From NCBI GenBank assembly GCA_047456295.1, contig CP179887.1, forward strand, positions 1 through 43,943: a DNA stretch of 43,943 nt, read 5' to 3'. The first letter of the stretch is position 1; the number at the start of each line of letters is the position of its first letter. Shown here piece by piece: positions 1-8,423 of the stretch. The translations under genes and the position numbers were made by a program. Under the pieces are notes generated by a model that was not told the origin of the DNA, made no database searches, and saw only the letters and a list, made by a program, of their open reading frames with translations. The stretch comes from Candidatus Nealsonbacteria bacterium. Lineage in GTDB: Bacteria > Patescibacteriota > Minisyncoccia > Minisyncoccales > JANBVM01.

Positions 1-118
1 TGTTTTTGTCCAGGAATTCTGTTTTAAAACTTTTATTATCCTGACAGATAGTCTAAAATAAATATATCAATAATAAAGGTCGATAATATTTTTATTGGCA
101 TTAACGCTAAAATTAAAA

Positions 119-367
119 ATGAATACAAAAGATATTTTTTTTGGTATAGCATTGATTGTTTTAATCGGTCTTAGCTATTATTTATATTCAGGTTTAATGA
201 AATGTAAGGTTGTGGCAACAGATCTGGGAGCTCAATTACAAGAATGTGGAGCCGGGATAGACCAGCTTCAGATAGGAGTACAAGAATGTATGACCCAGGC
301 CACACAGTGTCAAGAGGCTTTAGTTAATCTTCAGGAGTTATGTGCTCCTTATCTCCCTACAGAGTAA
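119..367 (+). CDS. hypothetical small membrane-anchored Cys-rich protein
   Basis: ORF track 95..367 (TTG). ATG at 119 gives MNTKDIFFGIALIVLIGLSYYLY (one TM helix), then a Q/E-rich tail with 5 Cys. TAAAAT at 108-113 lies just upstream. No family recognised. Confidence 0.4.
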   Translation: MNTKDIFFGIALIVLIGLSYYLYSGLMKCKVVATDLGAQLQECGAGIDQLQIGVQECMTQATQCQEALVNLQELCAPYLPTE

Positions 368-638
368 TTAATATCCTGACAAGGAAATTAAAGATTCTTC
401 ACTATTACCATTCTTAATTTAATATTCCCTAGACGAGCATTTTTCTTTATATTCAACTGAGAACAGGGTTTGATTGGTGGTTATATGAAGAAACTTAAAA
501 ATGAGGAAGTCTTAATCTCCCTCATTTTTCTTAAAGATCAATCGTTTTCAATGAAAATCAGAAGGGATAAGAGGGTGAATCGTCAAGAGAACAATTTTTT
601 GATAAAATTAAAAAATCAAATGCAAAAGAAAAAATAAT

Positions 639-1442
639 ATGAACAAGGTAGTAAAGGTAAAGGTTGAAGAAGATCTGAAAAAATCCATTTTGGATGCAGT
701 GGATGAAATTGGTGGGTTAAAACACTTTATTAATAAAGGAGAAGTGGTTTTGTTAAAACCTAATTTTAACACAGCTGATCCTCCTCCAGCTTCCACAGAT
801 TTAGAATTTTTAAAAGCTGTAACTGAATTAGTCTATGATTGCGGGGCAAAGATAGTAATGATTGGTGATTCTTCTACTATGAGTTTAAACACCAGAAAGG
901 TAATGGAAACACTTAAGGTTTTTGAATTGGAAGACATGAAGATGCCTCCTCGTATTTATGTTTTTGACGAGCGTAAATGGATAAGAAAAGAGATACCAGA
1001 GGCTAAATACTTAAAAAGCGTTTCTGTAACAGAATATTTAGACCGGGCTGATAAATTAATCCTTCTTCCCTGTTTAAAAACCCATTTTTTAGCCCAGTTT
1101 TCGGGAAGCTTGAAACTAAACGTTGGTTTTATGAAGCCTTTTCAACGGGTTCGGCTTCATTTAAGATATATACAGGAAAAGATAGCAGAATTAAACAAGA
1201 TTATTAATCCTGACTTAATTATTATGGATGCCAGGAAATGCTTTATTAAAAAGGGTCCAGCTGAAGGAGAAATGCGAGAACCAGGATTGATTTTAGCTTC
1301 AATAAACAGGGTGGCTTTGGATGTCGAAGGAATAAAGATTATTCAAGGTTTCGAAGGTAATTCATTAAAAAATATTGATCCTTGGGAATTACCTCAAATT
1401 AAAAAAGCAGTAGAGCTTGGTATTGACAGTAAGCTTAAGTGA
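639..1442 (+). CDS. DUF362-like protein
   Basis: 267-aa ORF. GEVVLLKPNFNTADPPPASTDLEFLKAVTELVYDCGAKIVMIGDSS resembles the DUF362 N-terminal pattern. Lies directly upstream of the mevalonate genes. Confidence 0.55.
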   Translation: MNKVVKVKVEEDLKKSILDAVDEIGGLKHFINKGEVVLLKPNFNTADPPPASTDLEFLKAVTELVYDCGAKIVMIGDSSTMSLNTRKVMETLKVFELEDMKMPPRIYVFDERKWIRKEIPEAKYLKSVSVTEYLDRADKLILLPCLKTHFLAQFSGSLKLNVGFMKPFQRVRLHLRYIQEKIAELNKIINPDLIIMDARKCFIKKGPAEGEMREPGLILASINRVALDVEGIKIIQGFEGNSLKNIDPWELPQIKKAVELGIDSKLK

Positions 1443-1449
1443 AAAACAT

Positions 1450-2451
1450 ATGAAAGCTTCAGCTATAGCAAATGCTAACATTGCTCTGGTAAAATATTGG
1501 GGAAAGAGAAATAAAGAACTCATACTTCCAAACAACACCAGTATAAGTATGACAGCAGATGGCTTATATGCTCATACCACGGTTGAGTTTGATAAGAAAT
1601 ACAAAGAAGACATGTTTGTGTTAAACGGTAGGGAATTGAGAGAGGGTTCCAAGGAATATGATGAATACATTGGTTTATTCTTAAAGACAGTTAGAGAGAA
1701 CGCAAAAGAGGAATCTAGAGTAAAGATTGTAAGCAACAATAACTTTCCGACAGCAGCAGGTTTAGCTTCTTCAGCTGCAGGATTTGCTGCTTTGGCTGCA
1801 GCCTTAAACAAAGCTCTCAATTTGGATTTAGATAAAAAGGATTTAAGCATTCTTGCAAGAAGGGGGTCGGGTTCAGCAACAAGGTCTATTTTTGGTGGTT
1901 TTGTTGAATGGAAAAAAGGAGAAAAAAAAGACGGTTCTGATTCTTACGCAGAACAGATAGCATCTTTAACATACTGGCCTGATTTTAGAATGATAGCTTG
2001 TATCACTTCTAAAAAACAAAAAAAGGTAAGTTCCAGAGCAGGCATGGCTAGAACGGTTGCAACCTCACCAATGTATAAAAGCTGGTTATTGGGTATTGAA
2101 CAAGACATAGAAAAAGTAAAGAAAGGCATACTAAAAAGAGATTTTACTCTTGTAGGAAAGACAGCTGAAGAAAATTGTTTGAAAATGCATGCCACAATGA
2201 TAACTACCCAGCCTGCTATCATCTATTGGAATAAATCTACCATAGAGACAATACAATCTGTTATTGACTGGCGGAATAAGGGATTGGAGTGTTACTTTAC
2301 AATCGATGCAGGTCCCCAGGTAAAGATTATGTGTTTGGAAAAGAATGTCAGTCAACTTATAAAGAGATGCAAAAAATTAGAAGGTGTGAAAGATGTTATT
2401 GTTATAAAACCAGGAGAGGGAGCAAAAATTACCAATGAACATTTATTTTGA
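1450..2451 (+). CDS. mvaD: diphosphomevalonate decarboxylase
   Basis: ANIALVKYWGKRNKELILPNNTSISMT, LASSAAGFAALA and RRGSGSATRSIFGGFVEW are GHMP/MDD motifs. ATG at 1450 preferred over the track start 1417. Confidence 0.85.
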   Translation: MKASAIANANIALVKYWGKRNKELILPNNTSISMTADGLYAHTTVEFDKKYKEDMFVLNGRELREGSKEYDEYIGLFLKTVRENAKEESRVKIVSNNNFPTAAGLASSAAGFAALAAALNKALNLDLDKKDLSILARRGSGSATRSIFGGFVEWKKGEKKDGSDSYAEQIASLTYWPDFRMIACITSKKQKKVSSRAGMARTVATSPMYKSWLLGIEQDIEKVKKGILKRDFTLVGKTAEENCLKMHATMITTQPAIIYWNKSTIETIQSVIDWRNKGLECYFTIDAGPQVKIMCLEKNVSQLIKRCKKLEGVKDVIVIKPGEGAKITNEHLF

Positions 2452-2523
2452 TTTTTTAATTGAGACAGAGGGAGAGGTAGGTGATTAAAACGAGAGCTTC
2501 TTAAAACAAGGGTATTAATTAAA

Positions 2524-3645
2524 ATGGTAAAGATATCAGCCCCGGGAAAAATTTGCATTGCAGGAGAATGGTCTGTTTTAGAAGTGGGAAATCCATTAAT
2601 TGTTGCAGCTGTTGATAAAAGGGTTTTTGCAGAGATAAAAGAATCTAAAGATGGATTCATTCACGTATCCATTAAAGACTTTGGGATAGAGGATTTAAAA
2701 GCTTCATTTAAGGGAAATGAATTGAGATTTGAAAGAAGTTTAAAAGAAAAAGAGAAAAAAGACACCCTTTTTATAAAATCTGCAATTGAGTCTGTATTAA
2801 GATATTTTGGTTTAATTAAACCTTTTGAAATTAGAACATGGGGAGAGGAAACAACAATAAGGATAGGGGATGATGTAAAAACGATTGGTTTCGGCTCTTC
2901 AGCAGCCAGTGTTGTAGCTGGTATTACTGGTCTTTTTAAATTTTATGGTAAAGACATTAAAGAAAAACTGTCAAAAGAAAAAATATATAAGTTATCAGCC
3001 ATTAGCCATTATCTTGCTCAAGGAAAAGTAGGCTCTGGCTTTGATGTTGCAGCTTCAACCTTTGGGGGAATTTTAATTTACAAGAGATTCGATTCTTGGT
3101 GGTTAATGAATCAATTTAAAGAAAACAAGAATCTTAGGGAAATTGTACAAATGAGGTGGCCGGGTTTCCATGTTGAGGCCCTTCAAATCCCCAAGGATTT
3201 TAACCTGCTTGTGGGCTGGACAGGACAATCTTCTTTAACTGCTGAAATGGTAAAGCAGGTAAATGGATGGAAGGAGAATAACAAGAAAGAATATAAAAGG
3301 ATTCTTGACCGGATAAAAAATCTGGTAGAACAATTAATAAAGGTATGGAAAAACAATGACAAAGAGAAAATCTTAGAACTTATAAAAAGAAATGAGGATT
3401 ATCTCAGAGAGCTTGGGGATAAATCTGGGGTAACAATAGAGACAGAGGAACTGTTAAAATTAAGCAGGATTGCAAATAAAAACAAGGGAGCAGGAAAACT
3501 TTCAGGAGCAGGTGGTGGAGATTGCGGCATAGCAATTACATTTAATCAAGAACATTCAGAGAGAATAAAGAAAGAATGGCAGGAAAATGGAATCTATTTT
3601 ATTGATACATCTTTGTCTTTCTTGGGGATAAGGGAAGAAGATTAA
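2524..3645 (+). CDS. mvaK2: phosphomevalonate kinase (ERG8/MvaK2-type GHMP kinase)
   Basis: APGKICIAGEWSVLE, GFGSSAASVVA and KLSGAGGGDCGIAITF closely match Gram-positive phosphomevalonate kinases. Confidence 0.8.
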   Translation: MVKISAPGKICIAGEWSVLEVGNPLIVAAVDKRVFAEIKESKDGFIHVSIKDFGIEDLKASFKGNELRFERSLKEKEKKDTLFIKSAIESVLRYFGLIKPFEIRTWGEETTIRIGDDVKTIGFGSSAASVVAGITGLFKFYGKDIKEKLSKEKIYKLSAISHYLAQGKVGSGFDVAASTFGGILIYKRFDSWWLMNQFKENKNLREIVQMRWPGFHVEALQIPKDFNLLVGWTGQSSLTAEMVKQVNGWKENNKKEYKRILDRIKNLVEQLIKVWKNNDKEKILELIKRNEDYLRELGDKSGVTIETEELLKLSRIANKNKGAGKLSGAGGGDCGIAITFNQEHSERIKKEWQENGIYFIDTSLSFLGIREED

Positions 3646-3708
3646 AATATTATTTAATTTGTATTTAAGATATAATAATTATCTAGGTAAAATTAGCAGA
3701 CACAATTA

Positions 3709-4455
3709 ATGACTATCCTATTTTATATAATTGTTTCCACTTTTTTGATTAGTCTCACTGCCTTTGCTGGAACCTTAACCTTATTCTTGAAGGAAAAATT
3801 ATTAGATAAGGTTTTATTGGTTTTGGTGGCTTTTTCTGCCGGAGCCTTAATGGGAGGAGCATTTTTACATTTAATTCCAGAAGCAATCGAGAAGACTGAA
3901 TCAGATCAGGTTTTTAATCTCTTTTTGTATTTACTTTTCGGGTTTTGTACTTTCTTTATTTTAGAAAACTTTCTTAAGTGGCATCATCACCATAGCAGGG
4001 AGCATCCTGATATAATGCCATTTTCTTATCTGATTTTAATTTCAGATGGTATACATAATTTTATTGATGGTTTAATCATTGCCAGCTCTTTTATGGTTTC
4101 ATTTTCTGTTGGAGTAACCACTACTTTAATGGTGGCTTTACACGAGATTCCTCAGGAGATAGGGGATTTTGGAATTTTAATTTATGGAGGATTTAAAAAA
4201 CTGAAAGCCTTGTTTTTAAATTTCTTATCAGCTTCCACTGTTATCTTTGGTGGAATTGCGGGATTTTTGCTTTCACAGAAGATAGGAGAATCCATTATTT
4301 ATTTGTTACCCTTTGCTGCTGGAAGCTTTATTTATATTGCCTCGTCTGATTTGATTCCAGAAATAAAACAGCAGGCAAGTGTTAAAAAATCAATAATCTA
4401 TTTTTTTGTATTTTTACTGGGAATAGCATTGATGTTATTGATAAAATTGTTTTAG
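3709..4455 (+). CDS. ZIP-family divalent metal transporter
   Basis: Multi-TM 248-aa ORF with a His-rich loop (KWHHHHSREH), HNFIDGLIIASSF and HEIPQEIGDFGILI. Confidence 0.8.
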   Translation: MTILFYIIVSTFLISLTAFAGTLTLFLKEKLLDKVLLVLVAFSAGALMGGAFLHLIPEAIEKTESDQVFNLFLYLLFGFCTFFILENFLKWHHHHSREHPDIMPFSYLILISDGIHNFIDGLIIASSFMVSFSVGVTTTLMVALHEIPQEIGDFGILIYGGFKKLKALFLNFLSASTVIFGGIAGFLLSQKIGESIIYLLPFAAGSFIYIASSDLIPEIKQQASVKKSIIYFFVFLLGIALMLLIKLF

Positions 4456-4539
4456 ATTTGTTACCGTTATCTTCACAATTATAATAATTTTTGAAAAGGT
4501 CGAACCTTTAATAATCAAAAATTGAAAATAAGTAAAAAC

Positions 4540-4821
4540 ATGTTGTCAAAACTACCTATAAATCTTGAAAAGGTAAATAAAGAAGATATAGATAAGGAAA
4601 TATTGAGATTGGGCATGATAGCTGAATTGGATGCAGTAAGCCTTTATGAACAATTGGCAGCCATGACCGAGAATGAAGATATTAAAAAAGTTCTTATAGA
4701 TATAGCAAAAGAGGAAAAAACCCATATAGGGGAATTTGAGGCCTTGCTTTTAAAAATAGACAAGGAACAAGAAAGTGAATTGGAGGAAGGAAAAAAAGAG
4801 GTTGAGGAATTAACAAAATGA
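4540..4821 (+). CDS. small ferritin-like protein of the EncFtn/Flp type
   Basis: AELDAVSLYEQ ... AKEEKTHIGEFEALL matches the E..E...Y / EEK.H di-iron ligand pattern of encapsulated-ferritin-like proteins. ATG 4540 preferred; alternative TTG at 4522. Confidence 0.55.
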   Translation: MLSKLPINLEKVNKEDIDKEILRLGMIAELDAVSLYEQLAAMTENEDIKKVLIDIAKEEKTHIGEFEALLLKIDKEQESELEEGKKEVEELTK

Positions 4822-4868
4822 GTAAACGCCAGATTTTTATCAATAAAATAATTTTATTGTTAAATAAA

Positions 4869-4895
4869 AAAACCGATTGTTAAAATATCGGTTTA
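4869..4895. terminator. bidirectional intrinsic terminator between convergent genes
   Basis: AAACCGAT-loop-ATCGGTTT hairpin, flanked by an A-run (a T-run on the minus strand) and a T-rich tract. Confidence 0.6.
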
Positions 4896-5552
4896 TTATC
4901 TTCTTTTCCTTGGATTTGGGATGAAGATAGTAAATTGAGCACCTTTTAATTCTTGACCTGTTTCTTTAATTTGCCAGCCATAGCTTTGGACTATTTTTCT
5001 GACTAGATATAGTCCCCGGCCAGTACCTCTTCCGTATCCTTGTTCAAAAATCTTCTCTTTCTCTTTTTTTGCCACACCTTTACCATTATCTTCAAAAATC
5101 AGCATTAGTCCCATTTCTTCTCGTTTACAATATAATCTTATTTTAGTTAAATTTTTACCCCCATACTTTAAAGAATTGTCTAACAGATTCAGGAAAACTG
5201 ACATTAAGCGTGAATCTGCTAATAGTTCCAATCCAGGACAATCATAATTGATTTTTATGTCCTTTAATTCTGGAAAAAGAGAAACAGCTTTCTTAAAAAT
5301 CTCAGCTGCTTCTTTATATTCTAACTTTTCTTCCATGAGTACTGTTTCAAAATTTCTTATAATCCTTTCCATTGTCTTAAATCTTAATGGAAATTCATTG
5401 AGTATCTCCAATATCTCTGGCTCAGTCGTTTTTCCTAATACCGTAATAGAGGCTAAATTGAGATAATTTATTATATTAAGAAGATCATAGTTTACTAGTT
5501 TGGCAAAATAGGATATTAATTTATACTTATCTTTATATTCCCATTCTTTCAT
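4896..5552 (-). CDS. orphan histidine-kinase-like protein (HATPase_c) with no sensor domain
   Basis: N box FLNLLDNSLKYGG, G1 FEDNGKGV, G2 GRGTGRGLYLVRKIV. The H-box-like segment reads YFAKLVNYDLLNIINYL, with Tyr where His is expected. Confidence 0.65.
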   Translation of the reverse strand: MKEWEYKDKYKLISYFAKLVNYDLLNIINYLNLASITVLGKTTEPEILEILNEFPLRFKTMERIIRNFETVLMEEKLEYKEAAEIFKKAVSLFPELKDIKINYDCPGLELLADSRLMSVFLNLLDNSLKYGGKNLTKIRLYCKREEMGLMLIFEDNGKGVAKKEKEKIFEQGYGRGTGRGLYLVRKIVQSYGWQIKETGQELKGAQFTIFIPNPRKRR

Positions 5553-5640
5553 TATTCATCTCCTATGAAGTTTTGAAAAAACTATAGTCTTACCTTACAA
5601 CTTTAATAATGAAATATCAAATTAAAGTTTTTAATGTATA

Positions 5641-5662
5641 AAAAGCCCTGAATCGGGCTTTT
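5641..5662 (-). terminator. intrinsic terminator after ppaC
   Basis: AAAAGCCC-TGAATC-GGGCTTTT hairpin. The minus strand reads hairpin followed by TTTTTA. Confidence 0.65.
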
Positions 5663-5697
5663 AAAAATAATAAAGTCTAAAGGAAAATCTATTTCCT

Positions 5698-6636
5698 CTA
5701 TTTTGAAAACAACTTTAGTAAAAGAGGAAGAACCTGTTTTTTCCTTGAGATTACACCTTTAAGATAAATGGAATTGTTTTTAGGTTTTTTTCTAAATGCC
5801 TTTTCAATATAATTTTCTTTTTCCCAAAAAAGGAGTTCTGAACCTTTTTTTATGATATCTGTTGCCATAAACAGCAAAAGGTCATAATTTTCTTTTTTGG
5901 CTGATTCTTTTAATTGTTTGAGTATTTCCTGTTTTCTGTTTTGTACTTCTTTTAAACCGCAGATTTCAACCTGTCCTATTCCAATCTTTTTTCTCCCAAA
6001 CCTGTATTCCTTAAAATCAGAAAAGATTATGTATTTTGTACTCAATCCTTTTAAGCTAGCTTTTTTCTTTTTAATTTCAATGCCAAATTCTTCAAGATTT
6101 TTAATTTTTACAATCTTTGCTAATCTTTTGGCAATCTCAATATCTTCCTTGGTTGTGGTGGGAGATCTGAATACCACGGTGTCAGAAAGTATTGCTCCCA
6201 GTAATATGCCGGCAATTTCTTTTTTCAGCTTTATCTTCTTATCCTTGAGATATTTTTTAGCAATAAGGGTTGAGGTAGAACCAATGGGTTCTGTATGAAA
6301 GAATATTGTTTCCTTATATTCAAACTTAATCTTGTGATGGTCAATAACCTCTACAATCTCTGCTTTTTCAATATTGTTTGGGCTTTGAATTTTTTCATTA
6401 TGGTCCAAGAGAATCAATCTTTTTCCTTTTACGTCAGAAAGAAGTTTAGGGGTTTTAACCTTAAAGTAATTTAAAACAAATGTTGTTTCTGGGTTTATTT
6501 TACCTGCTCTGGCAGCTATAACCCTTTTACCTTTTTTCTTTAAATACTCAGCATAGGCAATGGCTGAACATATGGTGTCGGTGTCCGGGCTTTTGTGGCC
6601 GATAATATAAGTTTTCTTGGCAACTTGTTTTCTCAT
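5698..6636 (-). CDS. ppaC: family II (DHH/DHHA2) manganese-dependent inorganic pyrophosphatase
   Basis: YIIGHKSPDTDTICSAIAYAEYL, LLDHNE, VIDHHK. ATG at 6636 preferred over the TTG at 6657. Confidence 0.8.
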   Translation of the reverse strand: MRKQVAKKTYIIGHKSPDTDTICSAIAYAEYLKKKGKRVIAARAGKINPETTFVLNYFKVKTPKLLSDVKGKRLILLDHNEKIQSPNNIEKAEIVEVIDHHKIKFEYKETIFFHTEPIGSTSTLIAKKYLKDKKIKLKKEIAGILLGAILSDTVVFRSPTTTKEDIEIAKRLAKIVKIKNLEEFGIEIKKKKASLKGLSTKYIIFSDFKEYRFGRKKIGIGQVEICGLKEVQNRKQEILKQLKESAKKENYDLLLFMATDIIKKGSELLFWEKENYIEKAFRKKPKNNSIYLKGVISRKKQVLPLLLKLFSK

Positions 6637-6704
6637 AATAGAGAGAGAAAGAATCAAGATTATTATTTTATTATCATACCTTGATTTGCCTCATTCATCA
6701 AGAT

Positions 6705-6713
6705 TGATATAAT
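6705..6713 (+). promoter_or_regulatory. extended -10 element TGATATAAT
   Basis: TGnTATAAT consensus. It overlaps the first ATG (6712) of the HD gene, so the in-frame ATG at 6727 may be the real start on a near-leaderless mRNA. Confidence 0.45.
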
Positions 6714-7281
6714 GTATAAATACCTTATGGAAAGAGATAAAGTATTAGACTTATTAAAAGAAAACCTTAAGAATCAAAACCTGATTAAGCATAGTTTAGC
6801 AGTAGAAGCTGCAATGAAGGTATTGGCAGGGCATTTTAACAAAGATATTAGAAAATGGAGTATTTGCGGTTTAGTTCACGATATTGATTATGAAAAAGTT
6901 AAGGGTAAGCCTGATTTACATTCAAAGAAAGGTTCAGAAATATTAAGAAGCTTAGGATTTGATGAAGAGGTTTGTAATGCAGTTTTAACCCATAACGAAG
7001 CCCATGGAATTGAACCTAAAACATTAATGGCAAAAGCTTTATTTTGTGTTGACCCTTTAACAGGACTTATTGTGGCAGCCACCCTGGTTTTACCTTCAAG
7101 AAAGATTAATGATTTGAAGAATGAAAATGTTTTAAGGCGTTTTAAAGAAAAAGCTTTTGCCAAGGGAGCAAACAGGGAAATCATTGCAAAATGCCAGGAA
7201 TATTTAAGCTTACCTTTACCAGAATTTATAGGGATTGTTTTATCCTCAATACAAGAAATTTCAGATAAATTAGGTTTATGA
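6712..7281 (+). CDS. HD-domain phosphohydrolase
   Basis: HSLAVEAAM ... GLVHDIDYE carries the H...HD motif. Alternative start at 6727. Confidence 0.6.
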   Translation: MYKYLMERDKVLDLLKENLKNQNLIKHSLAVEAAMKVLAGHFNKDIRKWSICGLVHDIDYEKVKGKPDLHSKKGSEILRSLGFDEEVCNAVLTHNEAHGIEPKTLMAKALFCVDPLTGLIVAATLVLPSRKINDLKNENVLRRFKEKAFAKGANREIIAKCQEYLSLPLPEFIGIVLSSIQEISDKLGL

Positions 7282-7452
7282 GGGATAATTGGAGTCTTGA
7301 CTACTATTTCTGCTTAATTTAAGCTATAATAAGAACAATGAGACGTATTAATTTGATAATGTTGGTTCCTGGCTTTGCTTGGAATTAATTATTTTTAAAA
7401 GGTCGACCAATCTTGAAGTTTAATTAATGTTTAATTTAAATTAATAACATAT

Positions 7453-7614
7453 ATGGCAACAATAGCATATTGCGTAAAGTGTAAAAAAAAGCAAACAATG
7501 AAAGATGAAAAAGAAATAACCATGAAGGGAAAGGGAGATTCCAAGAGAAGGGCTATGACAGGAACATGTCCGGTTTGCGGCACAAAGATGTTTAGAATTA
7601 TGGGAAAGGCCTAG
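7453..7614 (+). CDS. small zinc-ribbon protein (DUF5679-like)
   Basis: 53-aa ORF below the track cutoff: MATIAYCVKCKKKQTMKDEKEITMKGKGDSKRRAMTGTCPVCGTKMFRIMGKA. It has CxxC...CxxC and is followed by two hairpin terminators. Confidence 0.55.
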   Translation: MATIAYCVKCKKKQTMKDEKEITMKGKGDSKRRAMTGTCPVCGTKMFRIMGKA

Positions 7615-7621
7615 GATAGAG

Positions 7622-7639
7622 GATTTCTAGAAATCTTTT
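7622..7639 (+). terminator. palindromic hairpin plus T4
   Basis: Perfect 14-nt palindrome GATTTCTAGAAATC followed by TTTT, 8 nt after the stop codon. Confidence 0.4.
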
Positions 7640-7643
7640 AAAA

Positions 7644-7677
7644 ACACCAGCCTGTTTAATGGGTTGGTGTTTTGTTG
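7644..7677 (+). terminator. intrinsic terminator
   Basis: ACACCAGCC-9 nt-GGTTGGTGT stem (9 bp with one G.U) followed by TTTTGTTG. Confidence 0.6.
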
Positions 7678-7853
7678 TAACCAGGATTCTGAGTATTAGT
7701 ATATAAGAATTATTTTTGATAAAATAATAACAAGTATCTTAAAGGAAGAATCATGGAAGAGATTATTATAAGATGATGGGGAGCAATTGACTGATTTGAT
7801 AACCTTGAGTCACCCAGATTAGTTTCAGCTCAAGGTTTAAACAATGATAGAGG

Positions 7854-7879
7854 TCAAAGTTTAAAAGCTTTGATTTTTT
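7854..7879 (+). terminator. intrinsic terminator with no annotated upstream gene
   Basis: TCAAAG-8 nt-CTTTGA hairpin followed by TTTTTT. Confidence 0.45.
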
Positions 7880-7883
7880 GGGT

Positions 7884-8273
7884 TTAGAAATAAAAAAGGT
7901 GCTTGTTGCACCTATTTATTGAAAGATTGGGTTTTGCCCCATTTTTATTTAACGGGTTCTTTGGTTTACGTTCCTTATAATATACCAGGGATAGTTTCTG
8001 GGTTTGAGTGAAGTCACAGACAGGACATTGTAATTTTAAGCTGACAATATCTTTTTTATTATCTTTACCCTTAACCCTCATTATTGGAAATCCACATCTT
8101 TTATCTGGGCATTCCCAAAAGAATATTTTTCCTTTATATGCCTCTCCTCTATATAAAGGAAAGGGAGTTCCTTTTATTGTATTGAACCAGATAACCCCTA
8201 TAGACATAAGTTCTTCTTTGATATCTTTCGGTTTTTCGTATACCTTTCCCCAAGCCCCCCTTAATTTGGACAT
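7884..8273 (-). CDS. hypothetical zinc-ribbon protein
   Basis: 129-aa ORF with CPDKRC ... CPVC. The 3' end runs through an AGGTGC-AACAA-GCACCT + T-run terminator at 7890-7913. No family recognised. Confidence 0.35.
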   Translation of the reverse strand: MSKLRGAWGKVYEKPKDIKEELMSIGVIWFNTIKGTPFPLYRGEAYKGKIFFWECPDKRCGFPIMRVKGKDNKKDIVSLKLQCPVCDFTQTQKLSLVYYKERKPKNPLNKNGAKPNLSINRCNKHLFYF

Positions 8274-8423
8274 AATATGCCACCTCTTTTTATTTAGAAT
8301 TTAATTTACTATCTTATTTTAAGCTAGCGATAAATTGTTGTCAAAAGAAATAGTAATGAAAAAAGAAGTGTTTTTATCAAGATTATCATTGAAGTAAACA
8401 ATTAAGTCATTTATAGTTAAAAA

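Noticed and set aside
485-637. 50-aa basic ORF (MKKLKNEEVLISLIFLKDQ...) ending 1 nt before the DUF362 start.
   Set aside because: It contains an AATGAGG...CCTCATT + T-run terminator-like hairpin in its 5' part. It is low complexity and has no recognisable family. It may be non-coding leader sequence.
7753-7776. Mini-ORF MEEIIIR as an Ile-attenuation leader peptide.
   Set aside because: There are no isoleucine biosynthesis or tRNA-synthetase genes downstream and no alternative-hairpin architecture around it.
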